A DNA stretch of 61,867 bases, filler included, from Hausera hauseri (GCA_046269625.1; 11 parts of 11 records of this genome joined end to end with filler, not necessarily neighbours in it), one strand, 5' to 3'. Counted from the first letter of the whole stretch, positions 27,554-40,873 are shown. A program made the numbers and translations. Notes: a model not told the origin generated them from the letters alone.

Positions 27554-28895
27554 ATGGCTTCAACGAAATGGGGAAGTGACATAAATATAATTGTTGAACA
27601 AAAGAATGATGAAAAGAAAGAAAAGTATTTGAATCCATTCAGAAACTACATTATTAAGGGATTGAAATCCACCAATGTCCAACCTAACACGAATTCGGCT
27701 AATTTGCTTTTAAATTTTGCCAAGTCCTCTTTGACATTGAATGACGAATTTTTCAAGTACTGCATCGAACAACTACTAACTATCCGAGCAGTTGATTGCA
27801 CATTACGATCGAAACTTATTGTTAAAGGTGAAATTGCCAGTTCATTCACGATAAATGGGAACTCAGAGTTTGTTTCAAGAAGAAACGGCGTCTTAGTTAC
27901 GAGAGACAAGCGGCAATCAAAGCATTGATCATGATGAACTTCGTCGACCAATTTGCAAATAATCCAATGGACACTAACACAGTAGAAATTGATCTTCCTG
28001 AACAAGAACCAACGAAGAGAAAGTTTGACAAACAATTAATCAGCGAAATAATTAGTGAAATAACTATCAGCAGTTATCAGAAATTGACGGCAATTCGGCT
28101 GAACAATCTGATGCAGAAACACGTTTTAATTTGGATTGAATCTGCCGATGATCATGCTTTCGTGAAACCCTGCGAAAATACCAACAAACTCGCATTGTCG
28201 ACACTACAACGTATTCGATCATTCGATCGAAATTATTCGATACCATATCATCCTGGCTGTCTTATTAATTACTTATACGCCGCTCTCTTTTATCCGTCGC
28301 TTCGTTTCCGTAATAAAGTTGTTGCACTGATTCATCGATCTGCCAATTCGTGGACGAATCTTAAATATTTCCATCGAATCGCAGCCCCATTGAAAGAGAA
28401 TACCGCATCGGCAATCACCGGTAAACAATGCAAATTCCTTCTGCGGGCATTGGATCATTTGTATCCGTTATTATCCACTGCCACAATAAAGACTGTGTGC
28501 ATGAGTTTAGTCAATAAGTCAATTCTCTCGACTGCAGCCGGTCTTGAAAATATTTGGAATTTGTTCATGGGTTACATTCGAATATCCGATTTGCCATCGA
28601 AGGTCGATTTGGATGTTCGGAAAAGTGCACGGCAGGCACTTGCCAATTGCGGATTCAATTCATCGACCGGTGTATCTTTTCCAATTGATACGCAACATCC
28701 TCGTGGGTTATGCATCGTTTGTGAGTCATTTGTACTGTCGTCGAATTTATCTGTGACTGAATTTTTAACTGTATTGCCGAATTTCATTGAAACACTTCGA
28801 ATGCACTCAACGACAAATTCTGGACTAATTAAAAAAACAATACCCGTTCCATCAGATCCGAAAATGACTCACGCAGAAACAATGCATGCGGGAAA
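27554..28895 (+). CDS. Probable host gene or pseudogene of unknown function (ORFs 27554-27928 and 27925 onward); the ORF tail runs into retroelement leader sequence
   Basis: Over 300 codons are open in AT-rich DNA. Composition changes sharply near 28898 at TGGTAACTCCGG (PBS-like), upstream of a gag. Confidence 0.5.
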
Positions 28896-29233
28896 CTTGG
28901 TAACTCCGGATTCTCGGATCCATCGCGGCGAGGCTGAGGCCCCGGCCGCCCACCCTATACCATTGGGTCAGACGGTACCGTTCGTTGCCGCTCTACGACA
29001 CGCCCCCGGCCACACGATTTCTCCTTACTTCTTATTTTTTTCTCAAATAACACAAAATGGCACAAATGCAGTAACACATTTAAACATGGCAGCAATCTAT
29101 AACTTCATCTCCACTTTCCTTCGCTCATCTGACTTTTACCTCACATTACGGCTTCACGGTACCTCTCGTTGGAACTCTGAAATTTTCGTCATCTAATATC
29201 TGTCTTCACATTCACTTCCGCATCCGTGTTGGC

Positions 29234-29729
29234 ATGGATTCATCTCTCACAATTGATACTACGGACAAACCCACCAAACCACCGACCTCTATCACTTACT
29301 TACCCAAACAAAGTGCTTCAAACACTTCAACACAGCACACACTCCCCACTCATTCACCCTGCACAAAATACTTCATCGATAGCCAAAATTCTACCCAAAC
29401 ATGGATAAAACTTCATCAATTGTGGCTCCAATCACAAAACGTCGTCGACTCCTTATCCAAAGCCAACAGCTTATTTTTTCATTTACCTGCCCCCATCAAA
29501 ACAAAAATCACAAACATCATCGACACTCTTCAGCACACCGATTTATATGCTCAACTTTATAATGCTGTTCTTAAGCTCACAGCCGTCAATCGACTCTATC
29601 ATTCAAAGATTCTTCAATGACAACGCCATGGACCTACAGAAGCCTTCTGAATTCTTGCGCACATCTTTGTCTCACCTCAGTACCCTTGGCGTAACATCTG
29701 AGCATAGTCCAGAACTTCTTCGTCGTTAC
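29234..29729 (+). mobile_element. Ty3/gypsy-like gag N-terminal fragment
   Basis: TWIKLHQLW..LFFHLPA..LYAQLYNAVLK..DLQKPSEFLR matches the gag N-terminal pattern (W..F, LY..LK, KPS.LL); frameshifted. Confidence 0.6.
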
Positions 29730-29829
29730 NNNNNNNNNNNNNNNNNNNNNNNNNNNNNNNNNNNNNNNNNNNNTTAATTAATTAANNNNNNNNNNNNNNN
29801 NNNNNNNNNNNNNNNNNNNNNNNNNNNNN

Positions 29830-32233
29830 GAATATACCTTTGCTACGTGCAATATGCACCGAAAACTGCGTTGATGTTAACGACACATCCGAAAAGGCAT
29901 TTACCAACTTTTCTAAAGGCTCATTGAGGAAATGTAATGAGTCAAGGAATCGCACCTGGAACCGGTTTATGCGTGCCGACAGAGACAGGTATTTCTCCAT
30001 CGTTATTGAGATTATGGACAGTTTTCAGTTTGGAAATCCATTAATGGCCTATTTCAGAATATGGTGACAATCATAACCCCTAAAGTTATGAAATATCACC
30101 ATCACAAATGGCCGCACACGCCGTGCTAAATTGCATGAATTGCATGCTGCTCCCAGGTATCGCCCGGTAAATTGGTCGTGATCAGGTACGAGCCGTTCCT
30201 GTTTATCAAATGGTAATATTTTGTGGCACAGGTAGCATTTATCTGTTACTGCAAACGTAAAGCTTCTTTTTCTTTCTTCGTCTGTCCAGATCAAAGGCTT
30301 AGTGCTGTTGTTACTGTACCACGGTGCGATTTTGACTTCCACTATTGTATCCAACTGGTGCAGAAAATTACGTACACAGTTCCATCCGTGGAAAACGTAA
30401 TACTACGGTTGTCCCGTGGCTTCATTGGTACTATCAACATTCTGACGGCTATTGGAATGTGCTTTTGGTTTTATACGTTGTGCAGCGGTAGAATTGCTTC
30501 AATATCGGAATAGACCACATATGCCCGACTGTCCGTTTTTGACCAGTCACTGAATCTCAGATTCTTTTTGAAGGGCATGACGTACATTGTTGTTACTGAT
30601 ACGTTTCTTCTGCATAGCGCCACGCGTTTTTCCCGTGTCGCTTCTGATCTGAAGTCATGCAAACATATAGAGCACATTTGCAGCACATTTGTTTTTGGAT
30701 GAACTGGTCATGATCCATGTTCAGCAGTCTGTCCAGATTTGTTACGGCCACGTAATCAAATTTTTCTGCCTGCTCCAACAGCGACAGGTATATTGGACGT
30801 CCATTCGGGTTCCGACTTCGATAGATTATGTCTACATGAGGATTCTTGTAAATTTTCTCATCTGCTGGTACCTCTATTACTGAGTTGTCCCGGAAAACGT
30901 CGATTGACTGTGTCGGATTATGCCGTTCCAAAACCGCAATGGTTTTGAGTTTCATCAGCATCCAGATTTCATAAAAGTCCAATTCGGAAAAATACTGATG
31001 ATATTGTTTTGAACGATTTGCACGATTTCATGACACTTTGCCATACTTTAATATGTCTAAAGTACTGTAAAGAAAACAGTATTCGTCGCTGTTATTTTCT
31101 ACATTGACTACAGTTTTAGAGTGCCTTAGGGCTGCAGGTGTCAATATAAATGATCTCCCCGACAAGTAAATCATGTCACTCGACTTTGTAGTGATAAAGT
31201 CGAGAGTGACAATCTTTATAATTCGCCCTTTATATATAATACCCTTTTCTATGTATTTGGCGATTTTCGCCTCGAACGTTTCGCCAATCTCAGCAATAAA
31301 TTCCTCAGTATATCGTACAGTTCGATGTGACAAGTACCATTGTTTTCTGCCGCCTTGCACGTTTTCGTATTCTGCAAGTGCATAATACTGCGCTTTTTAG
31401 TTGTTGTGGTGTTAAAATTTGGCCACTTCAGATTCCAACCGGTTGCGCACAATGGATGGATTATGTCTCAATTGCATTGTTGTTATTGTTGTCGCTGACA
31501 TGTTCACTTTTATATCCATGTATGATTTTTCAGATCGTACATGACCGTAATGCATGATTCTTCCCCCTGTTGCTCCTGTTCCTGCTGCTTCTTCTGCTGT
31601 TTTTTATTCCTGTTTTTTGCAAGTATTTGGCAACACTTGCTGATGCCTGATGTTTCATACTTGTTGAGGAAATACTGCTGATGCTGCTGCTGCTTTTTTC
31701 TGCCTCCAGTAATATTTCTTTTTTCGACCGCTTAAACTGGTTTAAGTGGTCATGGTACTGATTATAAAATTGTTTATAGTTGATTTGATCATCAGATATA
31801 GAACAACGGGGACATACATAGGCCCGATTGCTGTGCACCGTTGTGGTGCCATAGTATTGCTCCATTGCACTATCGCAACCACCAACGTCATGCACTTTAT
31901 TGGTACTGTAACGTCGGTATGTGGGGCAATGCACAACCATCATCTTCTTGAACCGCGTAAACGGACCGAGATGATGCTTGTGCATCTCATAAAAGTCGGC
32001 CTACGGGGATGTGTTTTGAATAAAACACACAGGATACGGGTAAGTGTCCTTGGCCACTGAATAATATTTGGCCATTTTCTTGTAGCATTGTTTACCCTCA
32101 TGTTTGCGGGAGATGCAATACATGGGATATTGCGAACATTTCTGAATAATAAACAAATTAAAGTAAATGTTAAACTAAAAACAAATAAAAATGTATTAAT
32201 TATAAATAAATAAATTTAAATACAATATACCAT
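29830..32233 (-). pseudogene. Protein-primed DNA polymerase B polyprotein, subfamily A copy 3 (N-terminal half, with predicted intron 32142-32230)
   Basis: ATG at 32231-32233, GT..CAG intron, two Cys/His domains, GRSFILTP..VVNVENNSDEYCFLYS, CSICLHDF, VYSDIEA, PDHDQFTGRYLGAACNSCNL, FHNFRGYDCH. Close relative of 2229-4690. Confidence 0.9.
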
Positions 32234-32324
32234 AACCTATTCCCCTTATTGCAGTCTCAGGCGTCGTCTAAATCAGCTGTAAACGTTTATCAACATTACT
32301 ACTACTACCACTACTCTAAATCAA

Positions 32325-32600
32325 ATGGAAGAGTATATGGAAAGTGAAATTCAGAGATTGATCGATGACATTTTGACCGGACATGTGTTTGATGTACAGT
32401 TTTTATGTGAGCTCACAGAAACGAGAATAACCAGCAGGCGAGAGTATATTGAATTACTAGTCAGATATCTCTTCGTAAAACGTATCGAAGATGAAATGAG
32501 ACGAAAACGACAACAACAACGAAGTATTAATTTCCTCATTGGACTTGTATTTTCTGCTTCGCTTTGTATTGTAATGAAAAAGTTGGTTGACCGTATTTAA
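32325..32600 (+). CDS. Small accessory protein with a C-terminal hydrophobic segment, divergent from pPolB
   Basis: Intact 91-aa ORF with start context CAAATGG, a charged helix, then INFLIGLVFSASLCIV. Confidence 0.55.
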   Translation: MEEYMESEIQRLIDDILTGHVFDVQFLCELTETRITSRREYIELLVRYLFVKRIEDEMRRKRQQQRSINFLIGLVFSASLCIVMKKLVDRI

Positions 32601-32679
32601 TCACAGTATAATTTATTTCACGTGTCTTTGTTGTTGTTACAATACATGTTATAAATACAGGCACTTCTTTACGGTATGA

Positions 32680-33129
32680 CATTACGACATATCCCATTTA
32701 ACAGAACTCATTCGTTTATATCACTCGTTCGACGATCTCCGGAGTCACCTTTACAATATTGATCGACCTTTACATGATGCACGATACTGTTCTCCCGAAG
32801 AGATATTCCGACGTGCTGAGGAGAATGGGAGGGCACGAGAACCTTATCTACGACATATGAAGCAGGTTGTTGGTGACATGGATATGATATGCGGTCAGTT
32901 GTTTCGCACCTATCGGAAATTGGCAGATTACTATGCGTTAGATGGCAATCCGTGTCAAATATGGTTTGTGGAAGGTTTCTTCAAAGGTGATTCCAACATT
33001 TCAACGTGCCAGTCAGCAGATCGGATTTGTTTCAAGCAACATTGCAATGTAACTAGTTCCGAGGGACTCGTTCATTTTCCTACGGAATTGGTTAATCCAT
33101 GTGGTTTGTGTGCTCCTAGTATTCACTAA
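32680..33129 (+). pseudogene. Cys-containing accessory ORF of unknown function (frame open well upstream of the ATG at 32857)
   Basis: About 150 open codons HYDISHLTELIRLY..CQSADRICFKQHC..PCGLC, followed by AATAAA near 33169. Confidence 0.4.
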
Positions 33130-33305
33130 AAACGATTTAATTGTTGTTGTTGTACAAAACAAAGGGAAATAAATGTTTGAATCAGACTTGACTTGTCAGC
33201 ATACCTGATTGTTATAGTGGGACAGGTGTGGTCCGACCAAATACTAGGTTACCGAAAAATTAAAATGATCCTTATAGTCAAATAGGTGGGGAAATGTAGT
33301 TGGCC

Positions 33306-33452
33306 GAAACTGGGTCAATCCAAAATTATTTCCGACTCAACACATTGCGGTGAGTCCGAATATGCAGATGTCGGAAACTGGGTCAGTCTAAAATTTTTCC
33401 GACTCAACTCAATCAGGTGAGTCCGATTATGCAGGTGTCTGAAACTGGGTCA
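33306..33452. repeat. About 68-bp tandem repeat (2.2 units)
   Basis: GAAACTGGGTCA at 33306, 33374 and 33441; TTCCGACTCAAC and GGTGAGTCCGA..ATGCAG are repeated. Confidence 0.85.
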
Positions 33453-33954
33453 TTTATAAAAATTAATAATAAAAAGAAAAATAAAATATTAAAATTAATA
33501 ATAAAATAGTAATATAAAAAATTATTAAAAAAACGAACATTTACGGGATGATCAATCTTCGGTTGTCGCAAAATTTTGAAATGACGACAAACTAAGTGCC
33601 ATGGGATTTTATATGCTAGTATGTGTAGTTGTCATAATTTATTGACTCACATTGCTGATATTGAAAACAGTGCTTCCAAAAAACATTCTGGACTTCAAAT
33701 GTCGAATATTTCGTGATTGAAATTTAGACGAAAGAGCGAACAAACCATGAGAAATAATGATTTTCATTAATGTTAACTTCAAATTTGATGCTGGTAGTGG
33801 AACTCATTAGTTTGTAGGCAGACTGTCACCACCTTGTGAGTAGTACTAGTAGTAGTAGTACTAAATTATGAGCTCTTGGGAATTTGTGCGTTCGTCGTCG
33901 TTGTACAAAATAAAATTCACGATTTTTCTACAAAAACGAACGCATTTACAATGA

Positions 33955-34495
33955 TAATGATTTTGACTTTTAATAATTTGTTTTTTTCGGTCGGTCGTAC
34001 GGTTGTATTTTTCATCCGGATCCATTTGTCTGATCGTGAGGCAGCTATAATATGAAATGCTAAACTACTGATGGGCTACATGCTCAACCCATTTTCACAA
34101 CCAGCAGACTTGAACAATGGGAAATTTCTAGAGTTTGAAATTTTCTCATCCATTTTTCCCATGTTCCCATGGTCAGACGAAGTTGAAATTGTGCGCATTC
34201 GATTCCCTGGCATTGATTTGACATTTACACCAAACATTGCGCAATTCGTAATTCGTGTCTCGTTTCTCGTAAAACATTTCCTGTTTTGCTTCTTTTGCTT
34301 CTACGCCGTCCAGTAAAATTTTTGACTCTCACCGCGTTATAAAATTTTTCTCGCCTCATCGAGCTCTACCGATTTCAATCCGTGACATGTGCGACATGAC
34401 ATGTGCTTCCGACCAGGGGGTCTTCCGACGATGAGACATGAAATGCTCAGAATTGCGAGATAGATGGGGAAAACTTGGTCCCAGGTCGATCTGAG
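33955..34495. repeat. Non-coding module M1, second copy
   Basis: Colinear with 36-580. Confidence 0.8.
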
Positions 34496-35499
34496 CACTT
34501 TTGGAATTTGGTGTGGAGAGGACACTTCTATCTACTGACATCATTATTCGAGGATTCCAAAATTAAGACTACAAGGTACGATGCGATGGATGTAAAGAAG
34601 GTGATACATACCCTTCAATAAAATTTGATAGACGACATGCTAACTTTAATTCGCAGTAGGAAAGAACAGATTGAGAAAAATGTCGAGAAGGTTATGATAC
34701 AAGCGGTGTGTTCAAATTGACGTGGATAGAAGTGAAAAAATGAGAGTGCTGGCACAAACCCATACCACCATCCCAAATAAATAAATTGATTTATTAATAC
34801 AAATGTCAATTTGACGATTAGGTGAATCGGAATTGGTACTTATTCCTTAACCCCACATACACCATGTCATTTAAGATTAGTCATCTTTTTATGAGCAAAA
34901 AGGTTAAAACAAATTGTGAATGAAAGAATCTTCTTGTAGTACTTTATTATCTGGTGATGAAATAAATGTAATGCTTAAGGCTTATTGTTAATCAGCTTAC
35001 AATTGGTTTTAGTGTGACTTTGATTACGTGCCAAAAAAACCCAACCAATGTACAATGCAGAAATCCCAAAATATCGAAAATTGGAAAATAATTTGAGAAT
35101 AATAATTGTTAGTCAAAACATGAAGGAAAGTTTGGAAAAAAGTATTGGAAAGCTAGCGGATACTTCTGTAAATGGATTTTTACAAACATCAAATGTACCA
35201 TGTACATTTCATTAAAATGCAGAATTCATAGGTAAATGCATTATGATAAATAAAGCGTGTAAAAAGATTTCTGCAGAAGGGCAAAGACGGAAGACAGTGA
35301 TTGTAAATTTATTTGCAGCTTTACTTGGATGTGGTGTTATGCATTTTTATTAAAAAAATGAAAACGTATAAAATAATATTTCGTCTTTTCTTTCACTTTA
35401 CGAAGTAACATTATGCAATTTTTACACTCAAAAATAACTAAAAAACACGTGCAAAATTTTATTTAATTACATTAAGTAAAGTGTTCATGAGGAAATGTT

Positions 35500-37719
35500 T
35501 ATATAAACGTTGAAGCCATTTGAATTATCTGAACTGCAAAGCACTATGAACTTTGGTAACAATGAGACCATTCCGGATAGCCTGCTGCAAATTTGTGTAA
35601 TACACTACGTATTGATCCCTATCACTCAAATTGGTTAATGATCTTCTGAACTTTCCGCCATGTGGTTTTCTGATTCTGGTAGAAGAGGCAACTGATCATG
35701 TTCTGCATGTTGAAGTTAACCGTAGTGAATATCTACATCAAAGAAATCCAGTTTCGGCGTCATCGGTAACACTCATGATATCTATGCTATCCAGATATTC
35801 TACCCATTCAAATTATCATATGGGAGGCTGAGACTCATTGCCCAATCATACAAGTTGTTAGCATTCAGATATGTGATGAATGATGATGGTTTTGTTTCAT
35901 CATAATTTGACATAATGATTATTTGTTTTGCATGCCGATGGACTACCTGACAAATTCATCCAGGAAACACTCTTTCGGGCATCAATATCATATTGTAGTC
36001 CTTGAGGATCTGAAATTTCACTCCAGCATTGCCGCCCATGACATTCCCGGAGCAGTAAAGAATAGTGCGGGGTCCAGTTTGTGATTTTCGATTGTACCAT
36101 CACTGACGCAGTCGAATATATAGGCGAGCAATAACAGTTTTTACATATGTATCGCTGTAGTCACCAATTGTTTTATAAATGAAAGCCTGTCATACATTCT
36201 GCGCATGATTATAATCATCTTCGTTAATATCTTAATTTGATAGTGAGCTGTAAAATTCCTTTTTCTGGTACAGTGCTCGTCTAATTTGTGCCATTATGTA
36301 ATGTAAACATGGGGAAAACCCCTTTGCACTTTACTAAGTCGAAAGGTTCGGCAGGGAAAATTTTTTTTCGTCTAAATCATCCGGCGGAAGATGTTTGGCT
36401 AAACTGCCAAATGACGCACTCATAAATTTTAAGCTCTCAATGAATGTGAGACTTATTTTCCCGATGTGTTTAGTTATTGTTATATATTTCTCTTCACTGT
36501 AAAGGATGACATCAATCTTTCCCGCAGCTTCACTTAATTCCCTAATAAGAAAGTGGGAATCCTATCCACTTAAATTGTGAAAAACAACAGGAATAAATTT
36601 AATAGTGCGACAGCGTAGATTGCATTAATTACATGCGGCTCCTCTGAAATTGCCTGTTATATGACAATGATCCCGGATTTTGTGATTGTCTAAAGTAAAG
36701 TGTTACTATATAAATAACTATTTCCGGCATTTTCTCATTCAGCGTCTTCAGACAATATAATATCCATGAATCTTGGCTTCATATTTTGAACTGTGTTAGC
36801 TACAACTCCGAATCTCTTCGTAAATAAAAAAGCCGCTCCTGGACCTCTGTACAAAAGGGAACTTTCATCAAATCTTTTCGCATTTATACAAAATGAAGAC
36901 AGTTCATGCAACTGATATGCCGCTGTATCAGACTATGAGGATTCAGTCAACATCCCTGCATCAGATGCAGTATTGCTTCAAAGTCTCAATATATTACTAT
37001 TGGTACTCTGAGCATTTCATCACACTCCTTCACATTATGTAATTCTCCTTTGAATTCAGCTCGTAAACACTCATTTTGATTGCAATACAGTTTGTGTTCT
37101 TGTATTTTCATTTGATCTGCACCACCACGGAAATGTGTCAAGCATCCTTTATACACTTCAATATTTCCATGGTGGTTGGATATTTGTTTGAAGACCAGTC
37201 GTGAAAGGCTTTTGATCCATGCATAAAGATTATTGTCACCTTCGTTTAATAGAAGCAAGTCCTCATGAGCTGTTTTTTTCACATTCACATACTTCGAGTG
37301 GATAATTTTCTGTGAATCATCAATGGCAAATACATTGATTGAAATTGAATTGATTTTCTCAAATTTCACAATATCATGAAATGATGGTAGGAAGCTGATA
37401 CATGAAAAATCATGGTCATACTGAAGTTCTCTGTATAATTCCTCCTTTTCCGCATGTATATTTATGAATTTTAATAAGATAGCATATTTTGAAACAAAAT
37501 TGATCACTGCTTTCAACATAAATACACGCATTTTTATTTTCTATCAAGTCAGGCAGCTTAATGTAAGACCTTCCTCTCCATGGAGAATACTTATGTACTG
37601 GAATTATTAAATTTTTAATTACCCCAAGTGTCCAATCGGTGTTTTTTCTTAACATTCTTCTGCTTCATGTGTAATGTGTCTGAACTCACTTGTGAAAAAT
37701 TCACTAATATTATTTTGTT
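35500..37719 (-). pseudogene. Protein-primed DNA polymerase B, divergent subfamily B copy 2, heavily degenerate and 3'-truncated
   Basis: DWTLGVIK..HKYSPWRGRSYIKLP, KFEKINSISINVFAI, RDHCHITGNFRGAAC, FHNLSG*DSH, NANNLYDWAMS, YTNLQQAIRNGL. Confidence 0.9.
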
Positions 37720-38631
37720 NNNNNNNNNNNNNNNNNNNNNNNNNNNNNNNNNNNNNNNNNNNNTTAATTAATTAANNNNNNNNNNNNNNNNNNNNNNNNN
37801 NNNNNNNNNNNNNNNNNNNTATGTTGTATCTGATCACAGTAAAGAAATGGTGTTAGTATTAAATTTCAAAACACGATAGAACAGCTTTGCATATATGCTA
37901 GAAAGAGTTGTACAATTGAGGTATTGTATATAAAAAGCTCTGTGATTTAAAAATCCCAATTACTATGATTTTAACCGATGCCGAGTTTGTAATTGTGAAA
38001 AAAGTAGCTAATCTCGTCCTAGTTGAACTAACTTTAGAAGCACTATATTGAAGAGATGCAAATTTATAACCGATGTTACATCACTTTCCCCCATATTGGG
38101 AAAATTGCAAAATGATATATTAGAACAAGATTTACATTTTCATTTAATTACTAGAATAAATCAGCTCCGAACAGATCTTTCTGGTTTATTGCAGTTTTTG
38201 CACAACGGTAGGACAACAAAATTGATTTTTAAAACCATCGAAACCACAATGATGAAAATGATCGTAAACACTGTCAAGCATGTGTATCTGAGTTATGCTT
38301 ATAATGACTATGAACACGAGATATATAGTATGTTACGAAATTTTAGAACAATTAGTAAAAGTAGTATTTTGTTATAAATTTTGGGAAAATTATAATTTTT
38401 CTTTACAAATACTGAATGTACGTTGGTATCGGTAGCACATTTTATGAATGCCAAATTTAGACGTTTGTTTTTCTAGCATAAGAAACCGCCATCAAAAAAC
38501 AACCAGTAACTATTAAAGAAATCTCACATCAACGATCGACAAATATAGCCGTTATCTTCCTACAAATAATAAATTTTTGTTGACCAAGATTTGGAAAGAA
38601 ATGAATTTGAGTAAGGATGAATGAATTAGAA

Positions 38632-40866
38632 CAGTAGTTCTCAAACGGGGTAAGGGTATCCCTGGGGCACTTCGAGGGGTCGCTGGGGTTACTTTGAATT
38701 TTTTGAATTGTGTGAAAAACATTATTCATCAGCGTTTTTTCAAATCAGTATTTAAAAATAAACTATTCAATAAAACGCTTTTGGCNNNNNNNNNNCCATG
38801 CCAATTTATTTAATTAATCTATGATAGTATATAAAATTAATATTTTTATTCAATTAGGGATATAAACGATTGGCTAAAAACTGGTGTGCTAAAAGTGTAA
38901 AAATGATAAAAAAAGAACGAGTCAAGAAAATGGGAAAATACGATCGCAAGTATTTAAAGATCGGGTTTATTTATGTTAAAGAAAACAACATCTCAAAGCT
39001 TCAGTATGTTGTTTGCTTTGAAATTTTAAGTAATGTCAGTATGGAACCAATCAACTTAAAACGGCATTTTGAAGGTAAGCATGGTAATTTGAAGGATAAT
39101 CTAAAGCAGTATTTTATCCAAAAGCTCGAGGAATTACAGAGCCAAAGGAAACTGCTCAAAACAACAGTCGCCGGTTAGTGATCATAGTTAGCCATATGAT
39201 CGCAAAAACAGAAAAGCCTCATACAATTGCTGAAAAATTAATTCTGGCTGAAATTGTGAGGTAAAATTGCTTCCGGGCTCATTAAAATACCATTACCGAA
39301 CAGTGTTGTTTCTGCTCGTATTAAGGATATGGCTTTGGATGTGGAGTCTACTCTGATTGAAAGACTTAAATCGTCTCAATATTATTCATTCCAAATCGAT
39401 AAATAAACAGATGTTGCTGGACTTGCGAATGTACTTGTATTTGTACGATATATTTATAATGCCGATATTGAAGATGTTATTTTATCGATATCTTTACAAA
39501 ATGCGACTGGCGAAAAGTTGTTTGAAATGGTTAATGATTATTTTGATGAAAAAGAAATCAACTGGAATAACTGTATTGGAATTTGCATTGATGGTGCAAG
39601 AGCGATGACGGGAAGGCACACTGGCCTGGTTTCAAGGATCCATAGCGTAGCATTGCGTGCGCAATGGATAAATTATAGTATTCCTAGAGAAGCTGTAGCT
39701 ACAAAGTATATGTTTGACAACCACCAGAAAGTGTTGAATGATGCAATAAAAGTGGTAAACTATATTGAAACACGACCACTTAGCTCACGCCTATTGACAA
39801 AGTTATGCACTGAAATGGATAGCGAGCACACACAGCTATTGCTCCATACAGAGGTTAGATGGCTGTCAAGAGACAAAATCTTAAAACGACTATTAGAACT
39901 GAATACTGAAATAGCAAGTTTGTTAAGAACTTTAAAATCTGATTATAAAACACTTTTTAAGAATGCTTCGTGGATGTCTAAATTGGCATATTCAGCAGAC
40001 ATTTACACGTTTGAATGAGTTAAATACGTCACTACAAAGTAATGCTACTGATGTCCATGTGCATGCAAAGATTACGACCATGACCTGGAAGTTAGTCTGT
40101 CTTTCTGGATTAGTTTCAAAAAAGACTTTTCTACTTTTCCGAGTTTACTTAACTTTGTAAACAAAGACGAAAATCAATTTATTGAATCAATAGTTAAAGA
40201 TGAAATACAGAAACATTTGGCTTCAATTATCCAACATTTCTCTCATTACTTTCCAACAGATGACTGACCAAAATATTGAATGGACTACGAACCCATTTAC
40301 GTTTACAGAGCAAAGAAATTTGTCAAATGATGAACAAGAGCAGTTAATCGGTTTGTCATGCGATGTCTCGATGAAAACTGCATTTGCTTCCAAATCATTA
40401 ACAAATTTTTGGATTTATGGTGAAACGTTTTTTCCTTGTTTTGCTTCAAAAGCAGTAATTTATCTTATGCCGTTTGCAACAACATACTTGTGTGAAAATG
40501 GATTCTCAATGCTTACATTTATTAAAAGTAAATACAGAAACAAATTAGATGTTGAACCATATCTTCGTTTGAAACTTACAAAAATTATGTCAGATGTTTG
40601 ATTGCATTGTAGCAAAAAAACAATCACAAGTTTCTCATTAACAAAGTTGCTTCCTTTCTAGAAATGTTGATTTAGTTTGAATATAAATTAAAGTTCGGTT
40701 GCAACATGTTTTAATTTATAATTTAATTCAAAAACGATACTTGTTATATCCTACTTCCTTTTAAAGTAATTTTTATAAAACGTATTTAATGATATAACCA
40801 TGGGGGTACGGCTCCTTTTCCGAAAGCAAAAGGGACACGTATACCCCAAAAGGTTAAGAACCACAG
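38632..40866 (+). mobile_element. hAT Charlie/Buster-type DNA transposon (ZBED5/SCAND3-like transposase), degenerate, both TIRs present
   Basis: TIR CAGTAGTTCTCAAAC..GGTTAAGAACCACAG; YLKIGF, LKRHFEGKH, KPHTIAE, ICIDGARAMTG, HTEVRWLS, PFATTYLCENGFS..KSKYRNKL. Confidence 0.92.
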
Positions 40867-40873
40867 ATGTATA

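Noticed and set aside
27925-29196. A single genuine 423-aa protein
   Set aside because: The last roughly 100 codons appear to be read-through into retroelement leader sequence.
33306-33452. CRISPR-like array
   Set aside because: The whole unit is repeated with no unique spacers, there are no cas genes, and the context is eukaryotic.
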